NCBI GenBank assembly: GCA_041690295.1
Contig: JAWLHR010000022.1
Location: 1 to 47,197, forward strand
Reading direction: 5' to 3'
Source: Bdellovibrionales bacterium
Lineage (GTDB): Bacteria > Bdellovibrionota > Bdellovibrionia > Bdellovibrionales > UBA1609
Length of the DNA: 47,197 nucleotides
A program made the translations under genes and the position numbers. Every line of letters starts with the position of its first letter. Position 1 is the stretch's first letter. A model generated the notes under the pieces. That model searched no databases, was not told the DNA's origin, and worked only from the letters and a program-made list of their open reading frames with translations. This document shows, one piece after another, positions 39,546 to 47,197 of the stretch.

Positions 39546-40046
39546 TTAGGCGGGAAGAAAATTCTCAAGCTGAAAGCCCACCTTAAATGACGCCTGAAGC
39601 GCCGAGCGCCCATCGGCGAGGGTGCCCGAAATCACAAACTCCGCCTCGCAGGATTTGCCGCGGGCAAGTTCCAAGCGGATGCGCTCCCACTCTTGCAAAT
39701 CCAACTTAAAGCGGAAATCCACAGATTGATCCACATTGTGGTGGAGTTCCATAGCGCATTCTTTGATTCGGTAATGAAACGGAAACTCCTGCCGGTGGCG
39801 GAGCAGCACAAGGCGCAAGCAGAACTCCGCACCCAAGAGGAGATGTCCTTGGCAGATCTCCCCGTCCACGGAGTTGCGAAGGGAAAAAGGCATGTGAACA
39901 TGGGCCGCGCGCTCAGCCCAGTCCCGGATTTTTAACCCGGCCATCCAAAACGGCCACTCGGACACTCGCTTCACGATCTGACGCGAGAGCCAAGGACTCA
40001 CTTTTTCCACCTGCTCCATGAGCCCAAGGAACTTCTCCCAAGCCAT
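39546..40046 (-). CDS. Hotdog-fold/DUF4442-like hypothetical protein
   Basis: PFWMAGLKI...RN-VDGEICQG-L pattern; start uncertain (ORF track 40160). Confidence 0.5.
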   Translation of the reverse strand: MAWEKFLGLMEQVEKVSPWLSRQIVKRVSEWPFWMAGLKIRDWAERAAHVHMPFSLRNSVDGEICQGHLLLGAEFCLRLVLLRHRQEFPFHYRIKECAMELHHNVDQSVDFRFKLDLQEWERIRLELARGKSCEAEFVISGTLADGRSALQASFKVGFQLENFLPA

Positions 40047-40113
40047 GAATTTGTTGTGCAGCATGTGAAACTCCGTTAGATTTGGGGCCATTCTAGCTAA
40101 TAAGAGGATTTTT

Positions 40114-40566
40114 ATGAAGTTCATCAGCGTCGTGTTTTTTACCGCCGCATTAATCGGCACTTGGCATCTGGTTCACGAACCTCGCCCCGTGGCCGAAAGC
40201 GTTCACGCTGGAATCCAAAACGACTTGAGGAACATCATTGCTGATTACATCCGACAAAACCGCCCCGGAACCGAAGATGTTCATTTTGAAAGCCTTTGGA
40301 CCGAAACCATCTCTGACCGCCAAGTCAAAGCCCATTTTCGCTATTGGTTTGATGACCGCGATCAGGAAAGCGGTGAATCAGCCGCGGTTCATATCGAAGG
40401 CTCGGCGGTTTTGAACAAGGTCGATGAAAACGAAGAAGTGGTGACATGGAGTTTTGACGAGTTGTCCATCGCTGACACCAAGATCACTTTTGAAACTCCG
40501 ATTCAAATCACCGCAAGGCCCGGTGCGCCACTCATAGAGGAAGCCGATCAAACCGATGTCCAGTGA
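40114..40566 (+). CDS. Hypothetical exported protein
   Basis: SD GAGG; N-terminal hydrophobic segment; overlaps the next gene. Confidence 0.65.
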   Translation: MKFISVVFFTAALIGTWHLVHEPRPVAESVHAGIQNDLRNIIADYIRQNRPGTEDVHFESLWTETISDRQVKAHFRYWFDDRDQESGESAAVHIEGSAVLNKVDENEEVVTWSFDELSIADTKITFETPIQITARPGAPLIEEADQTDVQ

Positions 40567-41590
40567 TCGATACATCGCGATCGATGAAGAGGGTTATTTC
40601 CATTTCAACGGTCAGCGAATCGAAGACGAAAAAGACGGACGCCCGCTACTTGAAAATATAACGCCATTTGAAGGCGATCGCGTGACCACGACCGTACAAG
40701 GTCAGCCGGTTTGGGTTGAAGCTTTTGATGCTCCTTTTATCGCCCGACATGTGCGGCTGATGGATGCCCAGCGCGGAATCCTTGATCTGCCCTACGGATC
40801 AACCGCGGAGTTTGAATTTTCCACGCTGTCGGTGGACCAATGGGATCGGTTTCACGGCGTCACCACGGGCGGTGTTCCCTTCGTATTCTCGCGTCAGGCT
40901 CAAGTTGAATTTTTCGATGTCTTGGATGAGTTCGATGACGAGAGTGTCACGATCAAGGGTGTACGTTATCCAGTGGGGCCCTGGTTGATTCCAATTTCTG
41001 ACATCAATCGGGATCAGTTTTGGACCGACATTTACAAAACCGAAGAACAGCCCGGCTGGGATTTGCAACGGGAAAATCCGATTTTGCCCGAAGTGCTTCC
41101 GCAGTTAAAACTCAATAAGCTTCGGGTGCTGGTTTTGGGGTGCGGGGCCGGACATGATGCGGCTTATTTCGCGCGCGCGGGCCATGTGGTGACCGGCGTG
41201 GATTTTAGCTCCGAAGCCCTCCGGCGCGCGGGGGAGCTTTATGGCGGGATCGAAAACCTAAACTTCGTGCAGTCTGATGTTTTCGGCTTGCCTGAGGCTT
41301 GGAGCGGGAAATTCGACCTGGTTTTTGAGCACACCTGCTACTGTGCGATCAGCCCTGAGCGAAGAGACGAACTCGTGGCCATTTGGCGGCGCGTGCTGCA
41401 CCCCCAAGGTCACCTGCTTGGGATCTTCTTTGCCATGGAAAAGCGCACGGGACCCCCATTCGGCGGCAGTGAATGGGAAATTCGTGAGCGGCTGAAGCGG
41501 CATTTTAAGTTTTTGTATTGGACAAGATGGCGCCGATCCCTTGATCGGCGCAAAGCCCGTGAGCTTGTGATTTACGCGCGCCGCACTTAA
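40556..41590 (+). CDS. TPMT/thiol-methyltransferase-like SAM enzyme fused to an N-terminal DUF1285-like domain
   Basis: PGWDL, VLVLGCGAGHDA, FEHTCYCAI-P, GPPF motifs; N-terminus IAIDEEGYFHFNG...VEAFDAPFIA. Confidence 0.75.
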   Translation: MSSDRYIAIDEEGYFHFNGQRIEDEKDGRPLLENITPFEGDRVTTTVQGQPVWVEAFDAPFIARHVRLMDAQRGILDLPYGSTAEFEFSTLSVDQWDRFHGVTTGGVPFVFSRQAQVEFFDVLDEFDDESVTIKGVRYPVGPWLIPISDINRDQFWTDIYKTEEQPGWDLQRENPILPEVLPQLKLNKLRVLVLGCGAGHDAAYFARAGHVVTGVDFSSEALRRAGELYGGIENLNFVQSDVFGLPEAWSGKFDLVFEHTCYCAISPERRDELVAIWRRVLHPQGHLLGIFFAMEKRTGPPFGGSEWEIRERLKRHFKFLYWTRWRRSLDRRKARELVIYARRT

Positions 41591-42294
41591 TGGTGGCCGT
41601 TGTAGCTTGCCGGTAAGCGGTTTTTCGCGCCCGCCACATAGTTCCAGTGCACAAGGGTGGCGATCGTTTGAAACTTGAATTTAAGGTTGTCGGCGATCGA
41701 AGGTGATCGATGCTCGATGTGCGCGCAGGTATCGGGAGCGAGCGGCTTCACCTGGTGCGGAGAAATCCGTTTGTCCTTGAGCGCTTCGACCGTATTTTCA
41801 ACCGTTTTAAAAAGCGCGAATTCCAAATGCCCTAAGAGATACTCACTGCGCTTCATCGGCGCATTCATGAAATCCAACTCGTCTTTACCTTGCGGCGGGC
41901 GATCGACCGCGAAATCCACCACGCGCGAACGCAGACTCTCATCGTGGAAGTAGGCCATGTAGTAGGTCGTCATCGTTCCGTGATCACCAGCCGGAATGGT
42001 AAACTTAAATCGATTTACCGTATTGGGACTCAACTCCGCGGAATAGGTTCCGGAACCGGCATTCGCCACGAGCAAAATGTTTCCATTGGAACCCTGGATC
42101 GAGGTGAAAACCAAATTCGCTTTATGAAAAACCGGTCCAAGGGGAACTTCGGTTTCGGCCATGTCCACGGCCTTGCGGGCGCAGTCGTAGGTGAGGATTT
42201 CTTCGTAAGTTGGAGGCTTTACGGCCGGAGTGGCTAAATTTGAGACAACCACACTGGCGCTTCCGAAAATCAAATTGAGGATCTTAACCCACAT
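41587..42294 (-). CDS. Hypothetical exported protein with C-terminal RLPAS motif
   Basis: Hydrophobic N-terminus; ends NRLPASYNGHH. Confidence 0.6.
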   Translation of the reverse strand: MWVKILNLIFGSASVVVSNLATPAVKPPTYEEILTYDCARKAVDMAETEVPLGPVFHKANLVFTSIQGSNGNILLVANAGSGTYSAELSPNTVNRFKFTIPAGDHGTMTTYYMAYFHDESLRSRVVDFAVDRPPQGKDELDFMNAPMKRSEYLLGHLEFALFKTVENTVEALKDKRISPHQVKPLAPDTCAHIEHRSPSIADNLKFKFQTIATLVHWNYVAGAKNRLPASYNGHH

Positions 42295-42410
42295 GAAGAT
42301 CCGACCTTTCTCCCCGCCCCGAACTTGGCCATTTCAAAAGGGGTTCCAAGGGATGGCCATTTTGAGGCACCCGATTGTTTAAAAATTGGATAGGCGTCAA
42401 TGGGGAGGGC

Positions 42411-42449
42411 AAAAAAGAGAGGGCCTGAACCTTTAGGGTTCAAGCCCTC
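42411..42449 (-). terminator. Intrinsic terminator of rnpB
   Basis: Minus strand GAGGGCTTGAACC-CTAAA-GGTTCAGGCCCTC followed by TCTTTTTT. Confidence 0.85.
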
Positions 42450-42455
42450 AAAAAC

Positions 42456-42816
42456 TTGGATTTGCTATAAGCCGGATTCTGTAGCCCTTTCGAGCCGATG
42501 ATCATTCATCTGGGCCGGGTTTCACAACCCGGCTCTAGCGATCAACCCGGAAGCGAACTCAAGGCCTGTTCATAAGCTTCCCTATTTGATCTTGCTCCGC
42601 GCAGAGTTTGGCTGCTTTCACTCCAGCGGCTCCCCTGAGATCTCCCGTTCCCGATCTCAGGCTCACTGCCCTGGACCTTCTCTCTGTTCCACTGTTCCTC
42701 ACCTTACGGTGGAAGGATGTTATCCTTTGCGCTGCCTTGTGGAGTCCGGACTTTCCTCGAAAGAGCGGAGCGGCTTTTCAGCCCCCGCCGCCTTCCGCGA
42801 TCATCCGCAAATCCAA
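42456..42816 (-). ncRNA. rnpB: RNase P RNA (type A)
   Basis: Conserved GAGGAAAGTCCGGACTC and ACAGAATCCGGCTTA; P1 helix TTGGATTTGC/GCAAATCCAA. Confidence 0.97.
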
Positions 42817-42918
42817 AAGGGGTTTTATCATATCTGGCGCGGCTGCGGTGACTAAAAATTGGCTTTTAGGGGCTTTTACGCTACTTTCAGGGCCTTCACG
42901 CCACTTGAATACGGCTAT

Positions 42919-42995
42919 GGGGCCTTAGCTTAGTTGGTTAAAGCAGCCGGCTCATAACCGGCGGATCCCAGGTTCGAGTCCTGGAGGCCCTACCA
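42919..42995 (+). tRNA. tRNA with CAU anticodon, probably tRNA-Ile2 (lysidine-modified)
   Basis: Cloverleaf GGGGCCT/AGGCCCT-A-CCA; anticodon arm GCCGG-CTCATAA-CCGGC; lacks initiator features (no GGG/CCC anticodon stem, no C1 mismatch). Confidence 0.9.
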
Positions 42996-43059
42996 CTTTT
43001 AATGATTCCGGATAGTTGACACGAAGAACATTGGGTTGTCCCCAATTGTCCCCCCTCGA

Positions 43060-44313
43060 TTACGTAGTTTCTACCTCATTTTGGGGGTTGGCGACCAACT
43101 TCAACTTTCTCTCAGTCTCACGCATTGCCGCTTCCAATCGGGAAGAACGGATCTTCGCATAATGTTGAGGCATGTGCTGGTCCTTCCATCCCCCAAGCTG
43201 TTGAAGCGCGAGAAGATCTTGGGTCTTATCTAAGAAAATAGTGGAGCCTGTATGCCTACAAACATGCGTACCTCTATGTGGCAGACCAGCCGCTTTAAAG
43301 GCAGAGTCATAGGCGAACTGAACTTGACGATAAGTAAGCAATTCACCATTCAACGTGAAAATCAGATCAGATTTTGTTTCGATCAATAAGGATTTCAACA
43401 CTTTCTGAACATCCTCCCATAAAGGAATCGCATACCAATCCGTTCTGGTCTTCGTACCCGGTACAAGTTGAGGTTTCAATCCGCCCACTCTTGGCCAAAT
43501 AACGTGCTCCCGAATTTCATAACGTCCCTTGTTCAAATCCAGATTGCTCCACTTCATTGCACAGACTTCAGAAACCCGGAGCGCCTGGAACACCTGCACG
43601 GTCGCCATTGCATGATAAATCGGATGCGTCATCTTCTTTAAAGCCTCAAGCCACCTATCTAACTCAAAATCTGAAAGTAAAACCTGTCTCGGCTTACTTT
43701 TTCTGATTTTAACTTTATCGAAGTGCTTCTGCTTTATTGGAAAGATGAGTTGAGAGTCATCATTCTCCTCAATGTGCCATCTGAGAATCGCACTTAACGC
43801 CTTTAATTCCTTTTCAAATGACACTCTCGTTTTTCGATAGTTCGAAATCCGCTCTGGATTCCTTAACCATTCAATCCAATCCGAAATATCACGCGAGGTA
43901 ATTGATTCGACTTCACGTTGTAGGAGCGGACCCAACAGCTTTAATCGGCGCTCATAAAGTATCTGAGAACCAACCGATAGAAAAGGAAACCGCTTAGCTT
44001 TAAAATCCTCAACCAATTTCGCAATTGTATACCCATTTACAGAGAATGATTTACTGACCTCAGGTTCAACCGGATCATTACTTCTGCGATCTCTCCATTC
44101 AATTGCAGATCTTAAAGAACTGAACGTCTTCGACTCCCGCCTTTTACCTTGAGTACACACTCTACGGACTTCATAAAGCGCACCACTGCGCGGATCTTCA
44201 TAACGCTTATTTTGTTGATTCCATTTCAATCTTCGACGAACGCTACGATGCCCAGCAACAGCTAGCCATACCATATCACCAGCAAAGTTTTTTAAATCGA
44301 ACTTTTTAGTCAC
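43060..44313 (-). CDS. Tyrosine recombinase/integrase
   Basis: ALRVSE (R), GTKT (K), HVCRH (HxxR), LGGW (W), QHY (Y). Confidence 0.93.
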   Translation of the reverse strand: MTKKFDLKNFAGDMVWLAVAGHRSVRRRLKWNQQNKRYEDPRSGALYEVRRVCTQGKRRESKTFSSLRSAIEWRDRRSNDPVEPEVSKSFSVNGYTIAKLVEDFKAKRFPFLSVGSQILYERRLKLLGPLLQREVESITSRDISDWIEWLRNPERISNYRKTRVSFEKELKALSAILRWHIEENDDSQLIFPIKQKHFDKVKIRKSKPRQVLLSDFELDRWLEALKKMTHPIYHAMATVQVFQALRVSEVCAMKWSNLDLNKGRYEIREHVIWPRVGGLKPQLVPGTKTRTDWYAIPLWEDVQKVLKSLLIETKSDLIFTLNGELLTYRQVQFAYDSAFKAAGLPHRGTHVCRHTGSTIFLDKTQDLLALQQLGGWKDQHMPQHYAKIRSSRLEAAMRETERKLKLVANPQNEVETT

Positions 44314-44534
44314 AGATTTCTTCTCCTTTCGAGGAAACCCATGACTTCCGACAATTTAAATCGTGTAGAACGACCAATTTTATAATAAGGCAAACTCTCA
44401 TACTTCATCAGCATAGAGATATACGAAGGACTCAAGCTTAACCGCTTGGCTAGTTCATAACGATTCACTAAATTTTCAAAGAACGCTGGCTCCTGAGTAC
44501 CATAGCTAACCTGCCTCTGTCCCAGATTTTTCAT
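44310..44534 (-). CDS. Excisionase-like HTH protein
   Basis: ELAKRLSLSPSYI...LPYYKIGRSTRF...EV--FL; GTGA overlap with int. Confidence 0.85.
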   Translation of the reverse strand: MKNLGQRQVSYGTQEPAFFENLVNRYELAKRLSLSPSYISMLMKYESLPYYKIGRSTRFKLSEVMGFLERRRNL

Positions 44535-44677
44535 TTTTTTACCCCCACAGACTTCTTTCTTGTGCCCCGATCTGCCGGTAATCGAATCTTTCCCCCGGAC
44601 TCTATAAATTTCGTTAATTCAACTTGAATAAGCCGCCTTACAAAGGCTTTGTCGAACTTACACCTATGCCTTCCCAT
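44531..44677 (-). CDS. Unannotated 48-aa basic protein with FIESGGKI motif
   Basis: MGRHRCKFDKAFVRRLIQVELTKFIESGGKIRLPADRGTRKKSVGVKK; SD GGAGGG; ATGA overlap with xis. Confidence 0.65.
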   Translation of the reverse strand: MGRHRCKFDKAFVRRLIQVELTKFIESGGKIRLPADRGTRKKSVGVKK

Positions 44678-44707
44678 TAGACCCTCCATGGTCATAATTT
44701 TTGGTTT

Positions 44708-45139
44708 CTATTTCATGTGCCGTTTCTGAAATTCGAGAACGGAATCGGGGATAAAGCCATATTTACGATATTCTTTAAGTTCCTCTATAGCGGTTTTGAA
44801 GCTGGTTTTGTCACCCGCTATAATTTCAATTGGACAGTAGTTGTTGCTTAATAAAGTCCTACGCCCTCTATTTAGCATCTTCTTACCAGCTTGCGATTGC
44901 CGGTACAGAATAATGCCATATTTCTCATCCTTGTTTAGAATCACACACGGTACATCGCCGAATGCTTTAAATTGAAGATCTGACTTCAGCTTGTGACGAT
45001 AGTAATGACCAATGAACCACTGAATATCTTGATCTTGGTCGCCATACTTTTCCCATTTCTCGATGGTCTCCTTAGCTCTATCTGAGAAATATTTGAACTT
45101 TTTTAATCTTTTTTTATAAAATGGACTTCCATGTGACAT
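44708..45139 (-). CDS. Hypothetical basic protein of the element
   Basis: Strong SD AGGAGGAGG; co-oriented with xis/int. Confidence 0.7.
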   Translation of the reverse strand: MSHGSPFYKKRLKKFKYFSDRAKETIEKWEKYGDQDQDIQWFIGHYYRHKLKSDLQFKAFGDVPCVILNKDEKYGIILYRQSQAGKKMLNRGRRTLLSNNYCPIEIIAGDKTSFKTAIEELKEYRKYGFIPDSVLEFQKRHMK

Positions 45140-45286
45140 ACAATCCTCCTCCTAAAGCGGATATATAATCTCGTTCAAAATTTGAAAGAAATGGACTTTG
45201 TTTAAATAAGTTTAAAAACCTTGATATGGCTTAATCTCTTAAATTCTGGACTTTTCTCTCGATAAATAAACAACAACAATAGCCGT

Positions 45287-45664
45287 ATGAAATTGATTTC
45301 CATCTTTGTTCTATTTTCGATAACCGTCAGTTGTGCGACAAAATACAAGAAACACGGCTATACCGGCGGATACACTGATTTCAAAATAGGCTCAGATATT
45401 TATAAAGTTAACTTCCATGGAAATGGGTACACTTCTCAAGACACGGTTTATCGATATTTTTTAAGAAGGTGCGCGGAACTCACGCTTGAGAACGGTTATG
45501 AGTATTTCGCGTTTGTTGAATCCGATTCCAGCATAACCACAGATCCAAATTACTCCTTTCGGAAGCATTCAAAAGAGGGCGTAATCAAGCTATTTAAAGC
45601 TGACAACCGACCACAGAATGCTCTCAATGCTAAGGAAACCTTAGTCAACTTAGGAAATAACTAA
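45287..45664 (+). CDS. Lipoprotein, CC0125/CC1285-like
   Basis: Lipobox VSC; ATKY...GGYTD...YKVNF-GNGYT...RRCAELTLENGY-YF. Confidence 0.7.
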   Translation: MKLISIFVLFSITVSCATKYKKHGYTGGYTDFKIGSDIYKVNFHGNGYTSQDTVYRYFLRRCAELTLENGYEYFAFVESDSSITTDPNYSFRKHSKEGVIKLFKADNRPQNALNAKETLVNLGNN

Positions 45665-45701
45665 CTTGGCGGAACATTCGTCATTTAGTCGGTTTTTTGT
45701 G

Positions 45702-46697
45702 TTAATGCTCATCTCCATCGGAGCTGTGCTCTAAACTGGCATCGGAACTTGAGCCGTTTAATCGGCTATTATGTTTTTCCCAACATTCACGATAATCCCG
45801 CACTATGTGCTTAACTACATCGTACCCATCCTCTTTAATTATCCTTCTAAGGGAAGCCCCGTTAATTTTTCTTACCCAATTTTGGAAATGTCGGGATTGT
45901 ATTACAGAATTGTCATTATCTGGAATCTTAGCGGGGAATTCAGAATTATCGGTTCCATTTAACGGATCTTTTGAATAATTTGTGAACCCGTTTTGAACCT
46001 GTTGTGAACCCGTTTTGAACCCACTTGTGAAATTACCCTTATCTATTATCTCTTCTCTATTATCCATTATCTCTTTACTATTATCACTTATCTTTTCTTT
46101 ATTTTCATTTATCATTTCTCCATTATCAGTTAACACTTCCCCATTATCATTTATCAGTTCAGAACTTATATATTCGCTTATTTCTTCTTTAAGCTGTTCC
46201 ATGCTTATTCCTCTTCTAATTGCAATTGCATGGATGTACTCGTCGTCTGTTGGATTTGTTATGGAAAAGAGGTATGGGTCAGTAACATGAACTATGCAGC
46301 GCTGACGCCCTTTTTGAGGGACAATTATTTTAAAGAAATGGGCGCCCTCCCCAAACATCGCCTTTGTGAAACCTTTCAATACTTTACCGTTTCGACTATT
46401 TGAATCGAGAGTAATCCCAAAGTCCTGACATAGCTCATTGAGAATTGAAGCTGAAAGATAAAACAGTCGGACCTTTTCCTTAATGACCATCTCCAAGACG
46501 GCACTCGCTACTTTCTGAACATCGCTGCCTATCGCAAGTCGTTTTAAGCACTGATCGACTGAATCAACGGAAATGGGCACAGGATGCTTTTTTAGCATTC
46601 CTGCCTTTAGTTCCCCAAATTCAACCGTACTTAATTTAAATATTCTAAGCTTACGAAGGAAGTCCTGCTCGTAATTCTTAATTTCGCCTTTAATCAT
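45702..46697 (-). CDS. Putative replication initiator-like protein with heptad low-complexity linker
   Basis: Linker NGEVLTD-NGEMINE-NKEKISD-NSKEIMD-NREEIID plus internal DNA direct repeats; function inferred from architecture only (ORF track start 46727). Confidence 0.5.
   Translation of the reverse strand: MIKGEIKNYEQDFLRKLRIFKLSTVEFGELKAGMLKKHPVPISVDSVDQCLKRLAIGSDVQKVASAVLEMVIKEKVRLFYLSASILNELCQDFGITLDSNSRNGKVLKGFTKAMFGEGAHFFKIIVPQKGRQRCIVHVTDPYLFSITNPTDDEYIHAIAIRRGISMEQLKEEISEYISSELINDNGEVLTDNGEMINENKEKISDNSKEIMDNREEIIDKGNFTSGFKTGSQQVQNGFTNYSKDPLNGTDNSEFPAKIPDNDNSVIQSRHFQNWVRKINGASLRRIIKEDGYDVVKHIVRDYRECWEKHNSRLNGSSSDASLEHSSDGDEH
45981..46024. repeat. Four tandem 11-bp iteron-like repeats
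   Basis: TGTGAACCCGT, TTTGAACCTGT, TGTGAACCCGT, TTTGAACCCAC. Confidence 0.85.
46039..46164. repeat. Six degenerate 21-bp AT-rich TTATC-containing repeats
   Basis: TTATCTATTATCTCTTCTCTA, TTATCCATTATCTCTTTACTA, TTATCACTTATCTTTTCTTTA, TTTTCATTTATCATTTCTCCA, TTATCAGTTAACACTTCCCCA, TTATCATTTATCAGTTCAGAA. Confidence 0.8.
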
Positions 46698-46833
46698 TTT
46701 TGTCCCCGGAGTGGTATTTAGAGCCAACAGCAGATCAGCCGTTGCATGTGAATATTAAGTGAATTTTTTAAAATGACGTTGTAGTTAAAGAACTGATGTC
46801 TATTGTCTATAGTAGTGTGCGACCTATTTTCTA

Positions 46834-46862
46834 ATTATACCACAATCGATCCAGGATATCCA
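46834..46862 (-). promoter_or_regulatory. Sigma70-like promoter for the Rep-like gene
   Basis: Minus strand TGGATA-17 nt-TATAAT with extended TG. Confidence 0.6.
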
Positions 46863-46900
46863 TACTGACTATCATTTTTCTGTTTAGGTGACCAATAGTG

Positions 46901-47170
46901 GTGCGTGTAAAAAACATTGCTTAAGTACACACAGCTTGGGACCGCTTCCTTCATCGGCTCCCATCCTTAACGTGAAACTGGATTCCACCTAGGCTCTCAC
47001 AAGGCCCACCCTTAGAACGCATTTTCTGGTGCCGTCTAGTGCTGTCTATTTCGTTATGGAGACCTGTTTTAGCGTCCAAGGTAATCATCCACTGATCTGG
47101 GGCTTGCCCGTCGACCTGTTGAAAGTCGTCAGCTGAGTGGCAGTTTCATTTAAGCGACCTCCTCGGTCGT
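46901..47170 (-). ncRNA. Candidate multi-helix structured ncRNA
   Basis: Nested long-range helices in an ORF-free stretch; G-U pairs favour the minus strand; may extend beyond the window. Confidence 0.5.
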
Positions 47171-47197
47171 GTCAACGTGATCCTGTTTACTGGTAAG

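Larger units (their letters stand above)
42996..47197. mobile_element. tRNA-integrated element (prophage/satellite/ICE-like), left end; truncated by the window
   Basis: Integrase ends 65 bp from the tRNA 3' end, with xis upstream; abrupt AT-richness; TTGTCCC direct repeats at 43036 and 43045 resemble arm-type sites. Confidence 0.8.

Noticed and set aside
42586..42928. ORFs 42586-42855 and 42608-42928
   Set aside because: Antisense shadows of the RNase P RNA gene.
42919..42995. Initiator tRNA-fMet
   Set aside because: It has a G1-U72 pair and lacks the three consecutive G-C pairs in the anticodon stem; it resembles Ile2 tRNAs.
45981..46164. CRISPR-like array
   Set aside because: The repeats are contiguous with no unique spacers, lie inside a CDS, and no cas genes are present.
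46951..47088. 45-aa minus-strand ORF MITLDAK... and 6-aa MKLPLS after GAGGAGG near the window end
   Set aside because: Short, no recognisable motif; the region is better explained by RNA structure, although the mini-ORF cannot be fully excluded.
47100..47140. Hammerhead ribozyme (CTGACGA on the minus strand)
   Set aside because: No GAAA follows the putative stem II, so the catalytic core is incomplete.

Overview
Chromosomal window from a Bdellovibrionales-like predatory bacterium. The taxon is inferred from the tmRNA tag GNEYALAA, a MAT-type fibre adhesin and a TIGR02147 protein. Left end (~1-5.9 kb): a visibly AT-richer defence-type islet with an amino-DNA methyltransferase, a divergent Mrr-type restriction endonuclease, and a stand-alone GHKL/MORC-like ATPase preceded by a densely structured ~200-nt leader. 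6-13 kb: small accessory stress/detox modules (AhpD+MarR, glyoxalase I, GST, SRPBCC+MarR) lying beyond the 3' end of the tmRNA gene (13183-13535, minus strand). Middle: DUF72, a 1168-aa fibre protein with a 381-bp tandem duplication, UdgX, a YeeE/YedE pair, a ferritin-like pair, RlpA, CPBP protease, a 3D-domain protein, a polar amino-acid ABC transporter, a TMTC-like glycosyltransferase, Tam and the leucine-degradation (liu) operon. Then RNase P RNA (42456-42816, minus) and a CAU tRNA (probably Ile2, 42919-42995). An AT-rich integrative element starts at the tRNA 3' end and runs off the window. It carries an integrase, an excisionase, an unannotated 48-aa SutA-like ORF, a lipoprotein, a Rep-like gene with internal 11-bp iteron-like repeats, and a multi-helix candidate ncRNA. 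The best novelty candidates are the structured-RNA + GHKL ATPase + R-M locus and the element's structured RNA/replicon. All assignments are by-eye motif recognition; no database search or folding program was run.
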